DNA of 32,000 nt from an uncultured Actinomycetes bacterium (GCA_963843975.1 CAWJMG010000003.1:1200001-1232000); one strand, 5' to 3'. Positions 9,491 to 19,340 are shown, counted from the first letter of the stretch. The notes: generated from the sequence alone by a model not told the origin. Numbers and translations: made by a program.

Positions 9491-11283
9491 GACCTCTCGG
9501 CCTCACCCTTCGCGGTCGGGGCGATGTACTCCTCGGCCGCCTCGGTGGCGTACGTGTCCTCGAGCGCGGCGGCCTCGGCGTTCGCCTCCTCGCGCGTGTG
9601 CGCCTCGCCCACGTGCGGGTGCTCGTGGCCCGGGCCCCCTGGACCGGCGGGACGGCCCTTCTGCGGCGGGGTGATCGGCGGCAGCAGGAACCAGACGACC
9701 AGGGCCGCCACGAGCACGAGCGCCATCGAGATCAGGCTCGTGACGTGCGCGGCCGACAGGAATGAGTCGAACGCGATGGCCTTGCCCTGCGCGACCAGCT
9801 CTGCCGGGGCGCCGTTCGCCGCGAGCGAGTCGAGCACGCGCACCGTGCCGCCCACCGAGTTGGTGGCGGCGTCGACGGCCTCCGGCGGCAGGTTGGCCGG
9901 CAGCTTCTCGAGCACCGGCCGCACGTTGGACGCGTACTGCGTCGCCAGCACCGTGCCGATGACCGCGACGCCGAACGCACCGAAGACCTGGCGCACGGTG
10001 TTCTGCACCGCCGAGCCGGCACCGGCGCGGGCCAGGGGCAGCGCGTTCTGCATCACTGTCGACGCGGGGGCGATCACGTTGCCCATGCCGAAGCCGAACA
10101 CGAAGAAGATGACCAGCACGAGCCAGAGCGGGGTCGAGAGCGACAGCGACGCGACGCCGAGCAGGGCCAGCGTGACAGCGACGAGGCCGAAGGTCATGAC
10201 GCGCTTGTATCCGAACCGCTCGACCATCTTGGCGCTGCGCGGCGCAGCGATGATCTGGCCGACCGCGAACGGCAGGAAGCAGAGTCCGGCCGACAGGGTC
10301 GAGTAGCCGCGGATGGACTGCAGGAAGAACGGCAGCGTGAACGTGATGCCCGACAGCGCGAAGAACGCGAGGCTCACCGCGCTGAGGCTGACGGCGTACC
10401 CGCGGTTCTTGAAGAGGGTGACGTCGAAGCTGCGGTGGTCGCTGCGGGCCTCCATCACGATGAACAGCGCGAGCACCGCGATGCCCAGCACCATCGGGAT
10501 CCACACGGACGGCGTGAGGAACGTGAGCGTCACCGAGGCGTGGATGATGCCGTAGACCAGCAGGACGAGACCGGTGAACGAGATGAGCAGACCGGGGATG
10601 TCGAGGCGCTGCGGGTTCGGGTTCTTCGTCTCGGGGACGACGACGATGATCCCGATCAGGCCGATGATCACGATCGGCACGTTGATGAGGAAGACGGCGC
10701 CCCAGTCGTTGCCGGTCAGGCCGTTGAACCACTCCGGGTGCTCGAGCAGCAGGCCGCCCAGCACCGGGCCGAGGGCGACGGCCGCGCCGACCGCACCGGC
10801 CCAGGCGCCGATGGCCTTGCCGCGCTCGTGCGGCGGGAAGACCACGGTGATGACGGCGAGCGTCACCGGGAGGACTGCGGCGCCGCCGATGCCCATGACG
10901 CCGCGGAACAGGATGAGCATCGCCGGGGTCGTCGCGAACGCGCAGATCGCGGAGGCGACGGCGAAGATGACGAGGCCGATCATGAGGATCCGCTTGCGGC
11001 CGTACTTGTCGCCGAGCACTCCCCAGGTGAACAGCAGCGCGGCGAACACGAGGATGTAGGAGTCGACGGCCCAGACGAGCTGGCTCTGGTCGGCGCCGAG
11101 GTCGCGCTGGATCGTCGGCAGGGCGATGTTGAGGATCGTGTTGTCGAGCACGACCACGAGAAGGCTGGTGACGAGCACACCGAGGATCGCCCAGCGGCGG
11201 GGATGGCCCGCGCCTGAGGTCTGCCAGCCGGCGGTGGGTGCCTCGGCGGCTGCCTCGCGACGGGCGGCGCGTGAGTCGGACAT
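9487..11283 (-). CDS. MFS transporter, DHA2 (EmrB/QacA, 14-TMS) drug:H+ antiporter family, with an acidic/His-containing C-terminal tail
   Basis: The 598-aa ORF carries VLDNTILNIALPTIQRDLG and GVLGDKYGRKRILMIGL motifs. It appears co-transcribed with the downstream TetR gene. An imperfect inverted repeat, tatcgaaacg...cgtatcgaac (11374-11402), in the upstream intergenic region is a weak operator candidate. Confidence 0.85.
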   Translation of the reverse strand: MSDSRAARREAAAEAPTAGWQTSGAGHPRRWAILGVLVTSLLVVVLDNTILNIALPTIQRDLGADQSQLVWAVDSYILVFAALLFTWGVLGDKYGRKRILMIGLVIFAVASAICAFATTPAMLILFRGVMGIGGAAVLPVTLAVITVVFPPHERGKAIGAWAGAVGAAVALGPVLGGLLLEHPEWFNGLTGNDWGAVFLINVPIVIIGLIGIIVVVPETKNPNPQRLDIPGLLISFTGLVLLVYGIIHASVTLTFLTPSVWIPMVLGIAVLALFIVMEARSDHRSFDVTLFKNRGYAVSLSAVSLAFFALSGITFTLPFFLQSIRGYSTLSAGLCFLPFAVGQIIAAPRSAKMVERFGYKRVMTFGLVAVTLALLGVASLSLSTPLWLVLVIFFVFGFGMGNVIAPASTVMQNALPLARAGAGSAVQNTVRQVFGAFGVAVIGTVLATQYASNVRPVLEKLPANLPPEAVDAATNSVGGTVRVLDSLAANGAPAELVAQGKAIAFDSFLSAAHVTSLISMALVLVAALVVWFLLPPITPPQKGRPAGPGGPGHEHPHVGEAHTREEANAEAAALEDTYATEAAEEYIAPTAKGEAERS

Positions 11284-11506
11284 GGGGTTCTCCTAGCGGC
11301 CGGCGTCCCCCGACGGGCCCTGGTGCGGTGGTCCGACCCCCTCGGCCGGACGGTGTGAGGCGAGCCTCACCAATATCGAAACGCAACCGTACCGTATCGA
11401 ACGGACGACGCGAGCGCACCCGGGTAGGTGACGCCGGGGGGCCTTCGTGTCACCATGGCTCTCGAACGGGTACCCACCTCGGGACTCGAGTCGCCTGGAG
11501 GTCGTC

Positions 11507-12358
<852 letters not shown>

Positions 12359-12475
12359 ACTACCGGCCGGTAGCGACGGAGCCCGCGCGGCGTGCCGCGC
12401 GGGCTCCCGCGCGCCCAGGCGGCATCCTCGTGCACCGAACGACGTCGTCAGGCGTCCGCATGAGAGGTGTCGCCC

Positions 12476-12848
12476 ATGGGCCCCACGCAGGCCGTGCAGC
12501 TCCGTCTTCAGCAAGTACGCCACGTTCAGCGGCCGCGCCCGCCGGTCCGAGTACTGGTGGTTCGTCGCCTTCTCGGTGCTGCTGCTGGTGATCGCGGCCG
12601 TCATCGACAACGCCGCAGGGCTGCACTTCAAGGACCAGGCCATCGGCTGGGCCTACTCGATCGTCGCGCTGCTGCTGTTCATCCCGAGCATCGCGGTGAC
12701 CATCCGCCGGCTCCACGACACCGGCCGCAGCGGCTGGTGGTGGTTCCTGTCGCTGCTGTGCGGCATCGGCGCGATCATCCTGTTCGTGTTCTGCCTGCTC
12801 GAGGGCACCAGCGGGCCGAACGAGTACGGCCCCGACCCCAAGTCCTGA
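12476..12848 (+). pseudogene. DUF805 (YhaH/YhaI-like) inner-membrane protein; the N-terminus is out of frame by a net +1 nt near 12494-12500
   Basis: The ATG at 12476 has a gagagg RBS and reads MGPTQAV in frame 2. The family signature (C)SSVFSKYATFSGRARRSEYWWF...RRLHDTGRSGWWW...GPNEYGPDP lies in frame 0, which has no ATG/GTG/TTG/CTG upstream of 12576. The span of 373 nt is 3n+1. Confidence 0.7.
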
Positions 12849-12877
12849 CGCACGACGTCCCGGGCGGCCCGCAGCCG

Positions 12878-15244
12878 CTAGCGCAGCGTCGGGTCGAACG
12901 GCTCCCACCCGAGCCATGACGCGAGGTCGCGCCGCAGCAGCGGGTCGTCCGGGACGAGCGAGGCACCGAACGTCGTGCCGTGCTCCGAGGCGAGGTGAGC
13001 GGCGTACGCCGACACCGCCGCAGCGCCGGGCACGCCCGCCAGGTCGTCGAAGACCGGCGTCGCCGGCAGCGGGGTGCTGCCGAACGTCGTGCCGTGCGCG
13101 GCATCGAGCGCGTAGGCCGCCCAGAGCAGGAGCTCCGCCCTCGTCATGAGCGCGTCGGGGCAGAACCGGCCCGTCGCGCAGGCCACCGGCACCCCCGCGA
13201 GCCGCAGCGCCTCAGCGTCCAGCGCGTACTGCGCCGCCGCGTCGAGGTCGCGCAGCACTCCCCCCGCCGTAGCGGCGCGGCTGAGCCCGGCCGCACGGCG
13301 CACCCACGTCGCAGCTGTCGCCCGAGTGACCGTCCCGTCCGGGTTGGCGGCCGTGTGCGTGCGGTCCGGGTCGATCTGGGCGAGGGCGGCCAGCTCGAAC
13401 GGCGCCGTCGCCGGGTCGTCGCGGTCCATGTCGAGGAAGCGGCTGACGCTGAGGAACTGACCCGATCGCGTGAGCCGGTACTGCACGTCGCGAGCGCTGA
13501 CCGCGGACGGGGCCAACCGCTGCGCGACAGACAGCGCCGCCAGCGTCCCCGCTGCCGCGCCGACGGCCGTCATCTCGGGCTGCACGCGCGTCGCCCCGTT
13601 GACGATGCGCGTCTGGGAGATGTTGCGCTCGGCGAGGATCAGGCCCTGCACGTCGGCGCTGACGAGCGCACGCAGCGGGATCCCGTACGGCCCCACGGGA
13701 ACAACGCCTCCGACGGTCGCGGGCCGGTCCGCGGTGGTCTCGAGCCCGCTCTCGAGGTCGGCGGCGGCCGACCCTCCGTGCATGTCGCTGCGGTAGTAGC
13801 CGATCGCGATCGTGTCGGCGGGCTGCACGAGCGCCGCGGACGCGCTGGTCTCCCCGTGCGGCCCTGCGATGGCCTCGCCGTGCGGCGTGCGGAGCACCTG
13901 GCTCCCCGTCAGGGTCGTGAGACCCACGCCGCGGCGCGACTCGCGGGTGTACGGGATCACCGGCATCGCAGCCTCGAACGCGGCGTACGTGGTCTTCAGC
14001 TCGACGCCGTTGCACCGCTGGGTGCGGCTCCACGGCGTGTCGAAGCCCTCGTCCGTCGCGACCGACCACGTGGGCTGGCCCAGCTTGTTCTGCATGTACC
14101 AGACGAACTGGATCGACCTCAGCTTCGCGCGGCAGTCGATCCGGTGCCGGTAGGCCGGGTCCTCGAGGTAGCGCACCGAGAGCTCGGCGCCGCCGAGGTC
14201 GCCCGCCTGCCAGGTGGGGTAGTCGTTCGCGTAGTTGAGGACCGTCCGCGTGATGCGCCACGGCTGCGACGCGAAGTACGGCGTCTTGCCGGGGTTCGGC
14301 AGACCGCGGTACTGCAGCGCCCACGTGGGGCTCCACGGCAGGCCCTGCGAGTTGTTGTACGAGGAGCCGCCCTTCACGACGCGGGAGGCGAAGTACGCGA
14401 GGACCCGTGCCTTCGTGGCTGCCGGGTTCTTGTCGCCCACCGGCGTCGGGAACGGGGCGCCCACGAGGTTGAGCGCCTTCGGCATCGTCCCGCCGCCGTA
14501 GGAGCGGACGACGGCGGCATACGTGATGCGCTGGATGTGGCCTGCGGGCGCGGAGCCGGGCGTGTTCCCGAGGCCGTTGCCCGAGCGGTACGCCGCACCC
14601 GCGGGCACGAGCACCGAGCCGTTCTCGCTCGCGTCGATCACCACCGACGTCGCGATCACGTCGGACTGCTTCGGCGCGATCGTGCGCGTCCAGCGCACGC
14701 CTGTGATGCGGGTGCCCGTCATCACCGGTGCTACGTCGACGCCGAGCTGCACGATGACGCCGGCGTCCTGCAGGAGTCGGGTGTAGACGCGTCGCCCCAC
14801 CGACGGCGAGACGCACACCGAGCGTCCGCTCGACCCGGCGCCGTAGCAGGTGCTGGCGTGCGGCCAGCCGATGCGCGCGTACTCGTCGAGGAAGGCCCGG
14901 ACGATGCGGTTCCAGATGCCGTCGGCCCGCTGGTCGAACCGGTCGCGCGACCCCTCGTCCATCGTCCCGACACCCGCCGCGACCTGCCCGCCCAGGTAGT
15001 CGGTGCGCTCGAGCAGCACCACGGTGCGCGCGCCCGCGTCCTTGGCCGACAGTGCGGCGGCGATGCCCGACGGGCCACCGCCCACGACCACGACGTCGGC
15101 GAGCGTCGGCCCTCCGTCGACCTGGGTCGGCACGACGACGCCCGCAGCCGCGGCCGGCGCCGAACTCAGCGCCGTGGCGCACAGCGGCGCGAGCAGCGCG
15201 GCCACCACGACCGCGATCGACGTACTCATGAACCCCCGTGTCAT
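12878..15244 (-). CDS. Secreted FAD-dependent oxidoreductase (FAD_oxidored/PF12831-like) with about three degenerate SLH-like C-terminal repeats
   Basis: It has a signal peptide (MTRGFMSTSIAVVVAALLAPLCATALSSAPAAAAG) and the dinucleotide-binding motif VVVVGGGPSGIAAALSA...LLER. The C-terminus carries repeats such as LRDLDAAAQYALDAEALRLAGVPVACATGRFCPDALMTRAELLL. Alternative starts are at 15229 and 15316. Confidence 0.65.
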   Translation of the reverse strand: MTRGFMSTSIAVVVAALLAPLCATALSSAPAAAAGVVVPTQVDGGPTLADVVVVGGGPSGIAAALSAKDAGARTVVLLERTDYLGGQVAAGVGTMDEGSRDRFDQRADGIWNRIVRAFLDEYARIGWPHASTCYGAGSSGRSVCVSPSVGRRVYTRLLQDAGVIVQLGVDVAPVMTGTRITGVRWTRTIAPKQSDVIATSVVIDASENGSVLVPAGAAYRSGNGLGNTPGSAPAGHIQRITYAAVVRSYGGGTMPKALNLVGAPFPTPVGDKNPAATKARVLAYFASRVVKGGSSYNNSQGLPWSPTWALQYRGLPNPGKTPYFASQPWRITRTVLNYANDYPTWQAGDLGGAELSVRYLEDPAYRHRIDCRAKLRSIQFVWYMQNKLGQPTWSVATDEGFDTPWSRTQRCNGVELKTTYAAFEAAMPVIPYTRESRRGVGLTTLTGSQVLRTPHGEAIAGPHGETSASAALVQPADTIAIGYYRSDMHGGSAAADLESGLETTADRPATVGGVVPVGPYGIPLRALVSADVQGLILAERNISQTRIVNGATRVQPEMTAVGAAAGTLAALSVAQRLAPSAVSARDVQYRLTRSGQFLSVSRFLDMDRDDPATAPFELAALAQIDPDRTHTAANPDGTVTRATAATWVRRAAGLSRAATAGGVLRDLDAAAQYALDAEALRLAGVPVACATGRFCPDALMTRAELLLWAAYALDAAHGTTFGSTPLPATPVFDDLAGVPGAAAVSAYAAHLASEHGTTFGASLVPDDPLLRRDLASWLGWEPFDPTLR

Positions 15245-15375
15245 GGCCCCACCCTGCCATGGGCCGGGACGGGCTTCGACGGGGTCCCGGACGAACCGGG
15301 CCCACCGCCGCGGCACGTGCGCCGCACGGGTGGCGGGTGCGGGCTCTTCGGGGCCGGGTGCGGCACGATGCGGGT

Positions 15376-16069
15376 GTGGACGTCTCGAGGGTCAACCTGC
15401 TGCGCGACGTGCTGTCGAGCACCGGCTGGATCGACCGCACGCGCGGCTTCGCCCGCAGCCTGCGCCGGTCGACCGACCATGGCGACGGACTCCTCCTCGT
15501 GGGCACGCCGACGCACGAGCCATGGCACCTCGCGGCCCACCTCGACGACGAGTCGCGCTACGCCGGGATCCCGACCCTGTCCCCCACGCTCGTGCGCTGG
15601 TCGCCGCCGCCGGGGGCGCCCGAGCACCTGTCGTTCGGCCTCGACCGGATCGTGGCCGCCCGTCGCGGCGAGACGCTCTTCGTCGTGGCGCCGGACGACC
15701 CCACCGAGCAGCTGCTCGAGCGGCTGGCCGACGCGCGGCGCACCGGCGCCACGCTCCTCACGATCGACGGTGGCGACACCGACCTCGCCGGCCTCGCGCA
15801 CGACCAGCTGATCGTCCCGTCGCGCGGCCTCACCGCTGCCGGCGAGCCCTCGGGCCTCGCGCTCGCGCTCGACGGCCTCGGCCTCACCGACGTCGACCTC
15901 TCGCTCCCCGAGGTCTCCTTCGACACGGTGCAGCACCTCGTGTCCGCGGCGGCCGGCGAGGACCAGCCTCACCTCGGCTCCGCCGAGCAGCGGCCGGCTC
16001 GGGTTCCGCGACCGGCTCGCCCGTGCGCTCGACACCATCCAGGGGTCCCCCGCGACCCGCGAGTGGTGA
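15376..16069 (+). CDS. Conserved hypothetical protein; the coding frame appears to switch (+1) somewhere in 15940-15997
   Basis: The GTG at 15376 opens VDVSRVNLLRDVLSSTGWIDR... in frame 1 with high GC3. After about 15997, frame 1 has about one-third A/T at the third position, whereas frame 2 (RLGFRDRLARALDTIQGSPATREW, stop at 16067-16069) has near-complete GC3. The span of 694 nt is 3n+1. The track ORF ends at 16125. Confidence 0.45.
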
Positions 16070-16121
16070 ACGCGGAAACTCCCGCGCACGCCGCTCGAAC
16101 CGTGCCCCAGACTGGCCGCCC

Positions 16122-17450
16122 GTGAGCACCGACCACTCTGGCGACGCCTGGACGGCGGCGACCGATGCGCCGAGGAGCCGATGGCGGCTCGACGTCTCGC
16201 CGCTGCGGAGCTCGAGCGACTTCCGCGCGCTGTTCGCGGCAGGAGTCGTGTCCTACCTCGGCTCGATGTTCACGTTCGTCGCGATCCCGCTTCAGGCCCA
16301 GCAGCTGACCGGCTCGTTCGTCGTCGTCGGCCTGCTCGGCCTCGCCGAGGTGATCCCGATCCTGGTCTTCGGCCTGTGGGGCGGTGCGCTCGCCGACCAC
16401 GTCGACCGACGTCGCATGATCCTCGCGACCGAGGTCTGCCTCGGCCTCGGCTCGGTGATCCTGCTCGTCAACGCACTGCTGCCCGACCCGCACGTGTGGG
16501 TGCTGTTCGTCGTGGGCGCGCTCTTCGCGTCGTGCGACTCGCTGCAGCGTCCGTCGGTCGACGCGCTGGTGCCGCAGACGGTGCCGCACGACCAGCTCGG
16601 GGGCGCCGCCGCGCTGATGTCGCTGCGCTGGAGCGTCGGCTTCATCATCGGCACCTCGCTCGGAGGCCTCGTCGCGTCGTACCTCGGTGTGCAGGTGGCC
16701 TACGCGATCGACGCGGTGTCGTACGTCTTCTCGTTCCTCATCTTCCTCACGCTGAAGAGCCGCGGCCGCATGCAGGACGAGGGCACGCCCGGCATCGGCG
16801 CCATCGCGGAGGGCCTGCGGTACGCGTGGGGACGCAAGGACCTCCTCGGCACGTACGCCGTCGACACCCTCGCGATGGTGCTCGCGTTCCCGTGGGCCGT
16901 GTTCCCGTTCGTCGCCGCGCGCTTCGACGCGCCCTGGGCTCTCGGCCTGCTCTACGCGGCGTCGTCGGTCGGTGCCGCGATCGCGTCGCTGACGAGCGGT
17001 TGGACCTCGCGCGTCCATCGTCACGGCAAGGCGATCGTCGTCGCCGCATCGCTCTACGGCCTGGCCATCGCGGCGTTCGGTCTCGCACCGACGTTGTGGG
17101 TCGCGCTCGTCTTCCTCGCCCTCGCCGGCGCGTTCGACATGGTGAGCGGCGTGTTCCGTTCTCTCGTGTGGAACCAGTCCATCCCGGACGAGCTGCGTGG
17201 TCGTCTGGCCGGCATCGAGTTCCTCTCGTACGCGATCGGGCCACAGCTCGGCAACGCGCGCGTCAGCCTCACAGCTCAGTGGCGCGGTCTCGGCTTCTCG
17301 ATCGCGTCAGGCGGGATCCTTTGCGCTGCAGGCGTTGTCGCGCTCGCTGCCGCGCTGCCGACGATGTGGAAGTACGACGTGCGCACGTCGCCCGACGTCG
17401 CAGCAGTGCGCAGCGCGCGTGAGCTGAAGGCCGTCGACGGCAACGACTGA
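16122..17450 (+). CDS. MFS transporter, EntS-like family (paralog of 636..1913)
   Basis: The GTG at 16122 is the first start in frame inside ORF 15003..17450. The sequence reads FRALFAAGVVSYLGSMFTFVAIPLQA...GGALADHVDRRRMIL and is hydrophobic throughout. Confidence 0.8.
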   Translation: MSTDHSGDAWTAATDAPRSRWRLDVSPLRSSSDFRALFAAGVVSYLGSMFTFVAIPLQAQQLTGSFVVVGLLGLAEVIPILVFGLWGGALADHVDRRRMILATEVCLGLGSVILLVNALLPDPHVWVLFVVGALFASCDSLQRPSVDALVPQTVPHDQLGGAAALMSLRWSVGFIIGTSLGGLVASYLGVQVAYAIDAVSYVFSFLIFLTLKSRGRMQDEGTPGIGAIAEGLRYAWGRKDLLGTYAVDTLAMVLAFPWAVFPFVAARFDAPWALGLLYAASSVGAAIASLTSGWTSRVHRHGKAIVVAASLYGLAIAAFGLAPTLWVALVFLALAGAFDMVSGVFRSLVWNQSIPDELRGRLAGIEFLSYAIGPQLGNARVSLTAQWRGLGFSIASGGILCAAGVVALAAALPTMWKYDVRTSPDVAAVRSARELKAVDGND

Positions 17451-17619
17451 CGACGAGCTCGCGTCGTTGGGCATCGCTTCAACGCCGTTGCGTCGATACC
17501 ATGCGCGCGACACGAAGTGCCTGTGCGACGCGAAGATGCGCGGAGTTTCTGGCAGTCTCTGTCACAGTTCGAATGATGGCTTTCGGCATCAAGGCTGGAA
17601 GACGACTCAGGGAGGCATC

Positions 17620-18042
17620 GTGGCGGCTGCAAAGACCACCGCGAAGAAGGCTGTTGCCAAGAAGGCACCGGCCAAGAAGGCTGTAGCCAAGAAGGCTCCG
17701 GCGAAGAAGGCTGTTGCCAAGAAGGCACCGGCCAAGAAGGCAGTGGCGAAGAAGGCTCCGGCCAAGAAGGCCGTTGCCAAGAAGGCACCGGCCAAGAAGG
17801 CAGTGGCGAAGAAGGCTCCGGCCAAGAAGGCCGTTGCCAAGAAGGCCCCCGCCAAGAAGGCAGTGGCGAAGAAGGCTCCGGCCAAGAAGGCCGTTGCCAA
17901 GAAGGCCCCCGCCAAGAAGGCAGTGGCGAAGAAGGCTCCGGCCAAGAAGGCTGTTGCCAAGAAGGCCCCCGCCAAGAAGGCCCCGGCCCGCAAGGCTCCG
18001 GCTCGCAAGGCTCCGGCCAAGCGCGCGGCGAAGAAGGCCTGA
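17620..18042 (+). CDS. Histone H1-like / HU-tail-like lysine-alanine repeat protein, stand-alone and about 140 aa (putative nucleoid-associated protein)
   Basis: The GTG at 17620 lies 4 nt after ggagg (17611-17615). The product is essentially 11 copies of [10 protein letters not shown] followed by [23 protein letters not shown]. No globular domain is visible. Confidence 0.75.
   Translation: MAAAKTTAKKAVAKKAPAKKAVAKKAPAKKAVAKKAPAKKAVAKKAPAKKAVAKKAPAKKAVAKKAPAKKAVAKKAPAKKAVAKKAPAKKAVAKKAPAKKAVAKKAPAKKAVAKKAPAKKAPARKAPARKAPAKRAAKKA
17641..17970 (+). repeat. Coding tandem repeat: 11 units of 30 nt organised as a 60-nt higher-order unit; 17821-17880 and 17881-17940 are identical
   Basis: This comes from direct comparison of consecutive 60-nt lines of the sequence. 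Line 17761 differs from 17821 at 2 positions. Confidence 0.95.
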
Positions 18043-18055
18043 CCTTCCGCTCGTC

Positions 18056-18093
18056 ACGAAGCCCCCGGCACCTCACGGTGCCGGGGGCTTCGT
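18056..18093. terminator. Bidirectional intrinsic-terminator-like hairpin between convergent genes (perfect 17-bp stem, 4-nt loop)
   Basis: acgaagcccccggcacc (18056-18072), loop tcac, ggtgccgggggcttcgt (18077-18093). There is no U-tract, as is common in actinobacteria. Confidence 0.6.
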
Positions 18094-18159
18094 CGTGCTC
18101 GGTGTCACTGTCGTGCTCAGTGCGGACGTCGTGCTCTGCCGGGATCGACGCGGCGCTCG

Positions 18160-18327
18160 TCAGTCGTCGTCCTCGGCGTCCATCGCCTCGTTGCGCTTGG
18201 CCATCCGGTCGAGGACTCCGACGGCCTCGGCCTCGGTCGCATACGGACCGAGCCGTTCGGCGTTCGGGTCGCCGAGCCCCTGCTCGACCTTCTGGGTGCG
18301 CAGGTTGAACCACCAGTCGCCGCTCAT
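18160..18327 (-). CDS. Small conserved hypothetical protein (55 aa) with an acidic C-terminal tail
   Basis: The ATG at 18327 is preceded by gaggag. The product is [57 protein letters not shown]3 is high. Confidence 0.6.
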   Translation of the reverse strand: MSGDWWFNLRTQKVEQGLGDPNAERLGPYATEAEAVGVLDRMAKRNEAMDAEDDD

Positions 18328-18422
18328 CGCATCTCCTCGTCGTCGTCCTCGGGTCGCGCGTGCCGTCGGCGCCGGCCTGCGCCGGGACGCCGCACCAGCA
18401 CCCTCCACCTAGACTCCTCACC

Positions 18423-19286
18423 ATGCCACTTTCGCCCGGCGTCATCAGCCCGATGCGCAGCGTCCCGCCGCACATCCCGCGTCCCGAGTACGTCGGCCAG
18501 CCGCGCGCCAAGCGATGGACCGGCTCGGAGGTGAAGGACGCCGACACCATCGAGCGCATGCGCAGCGCCGGGCGGCTCGCGGCCCAGGCGCTGCAGGAAG
18601 TCGGACGCGCGATCGCGCCCGGCGTCACCACCGACGAGCTCGACCGCATCGGGCACGAGTTCCTCTGCGACCACAACGCCTACCCGTCGACGCTGGGCTA
18701 CCCGGGCGGCGGCCGCGGGCCGATCTTCACCAAGAGCCTGTGCAGCTCGCTCAACGAGGTCATCTGCCACGGCATCCCCGACACCACGGTCCTGCGCGAC
18801 GGCGACATCTGCAACATCGACATCACAGCGTTCATCCACGGCGTGCACGGCGACACCAACGCGACCTTCCTCGTCGGCGAGGTCGACGAGGAGTCGCGCC
18901 TGCTCGTCGAGCGCACGCACGAGGCCACCATGCGCGGCATCAAGGCCGTCGCCCCGGGTCGTCAGCTCAACGTCGTCGGTCGCGTCATCGAGTCGTACGC
19001 GCGCCGCTTCGGCTACGGCGTCGTGCGCGACTTCACCGGCCACGGCATCGGGGAGGCCTTCCACTCCGGGCTCGTGGTCTTCCACTACGACGACCCGGGC
19101 TCGACCACGATCCTCGAGCCGGGCATGACCTTCACGATCGAGCCGATGATCAACCTCGGCGCGCACGACTGGACCATGTGGGACGACGGCTGGACCGTCG
19201 TCACGTCCGACCTGCGTCGGTCCGCGCAGTTCGAGCACACGGTGCTCGTCACCGACGACGGCGTCGAGATCCTCACGCTGCCGTAG
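18423..19286 (+). CDS. map: Type I methionine aminopeptidase
   Basis: From the ATG at 18423 it carries [41 protein letters not shown] and [10 protein letters not shown] (metal ligands and pita-bread fold strings). Confidence 0.9.
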   Translation: MPLSPGVISPMRSVPPHIPRPEYVGQPRAKRWTGSEVKDADTIERMRSAGRLAAQALQEVGRAIAPGVTTDELDRIGHEFLCDHNAYPSTLGYPGGGRGPIFTKSLCSSLNEVICHGIPDTTVLRDGDICNIDITAFIHGVHGDTNATFLVGEVDEESRLLVERTHEATMRGIKAVAPGRQLNVVGRVIESYARRFGYGVVRDFTGHGIGEAFHSGLVVFHYDDPGSTTILEPGMTFTIEPMINLGAHDWTMWDDGWTVVTSDLRRSAQFEHTVLVTDDGVEILTLP

Positions 19287-19340
19287 ACCCCGTCCGGCGG
19301 CTCACCCGCTGCCAAGGGCGCGATGCGCGGCACGGGTCTG

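Noticed and set aside
7080-10306. ORFs 7151..10306 (+, 1051 aa), 7080..9506 (-, 808 aa) and 9503..11419 (-, 638 aa)
   Set aside because: They are off-frame or antisense to the clearly recognisable nadE, TetR and DHA2-MFS genes. Their composition is Arg/Pro/Gly-rich junk and they lack stop codons only because of GC content.
12980-15811. ORFs 12980..15811 (+, 943 aa) and 13212..15506 (-, 764 aa)
   Set aside because: They are antisense or off-frame to the FAD oxidoreductase gene, have an Arg-rich composition, and contain no recognisable motif.
15003-16121. The N-terminal 373 codons of ORF 15003..17450
   Set aside because: This is an open frame without coding character that overlaps the oxidoreductase start and the hypothetical gene in other frames. 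The MFS homology begins only after the GTG at 16122.
17641-17970. Regular 30/60-nt repeats that might suggest a CRISPR array
   Set aside because: There are no unique spacers. The repeats are contiguous, in frame and encode [10 protein letters not shown], so this is a coding tandem repeat.
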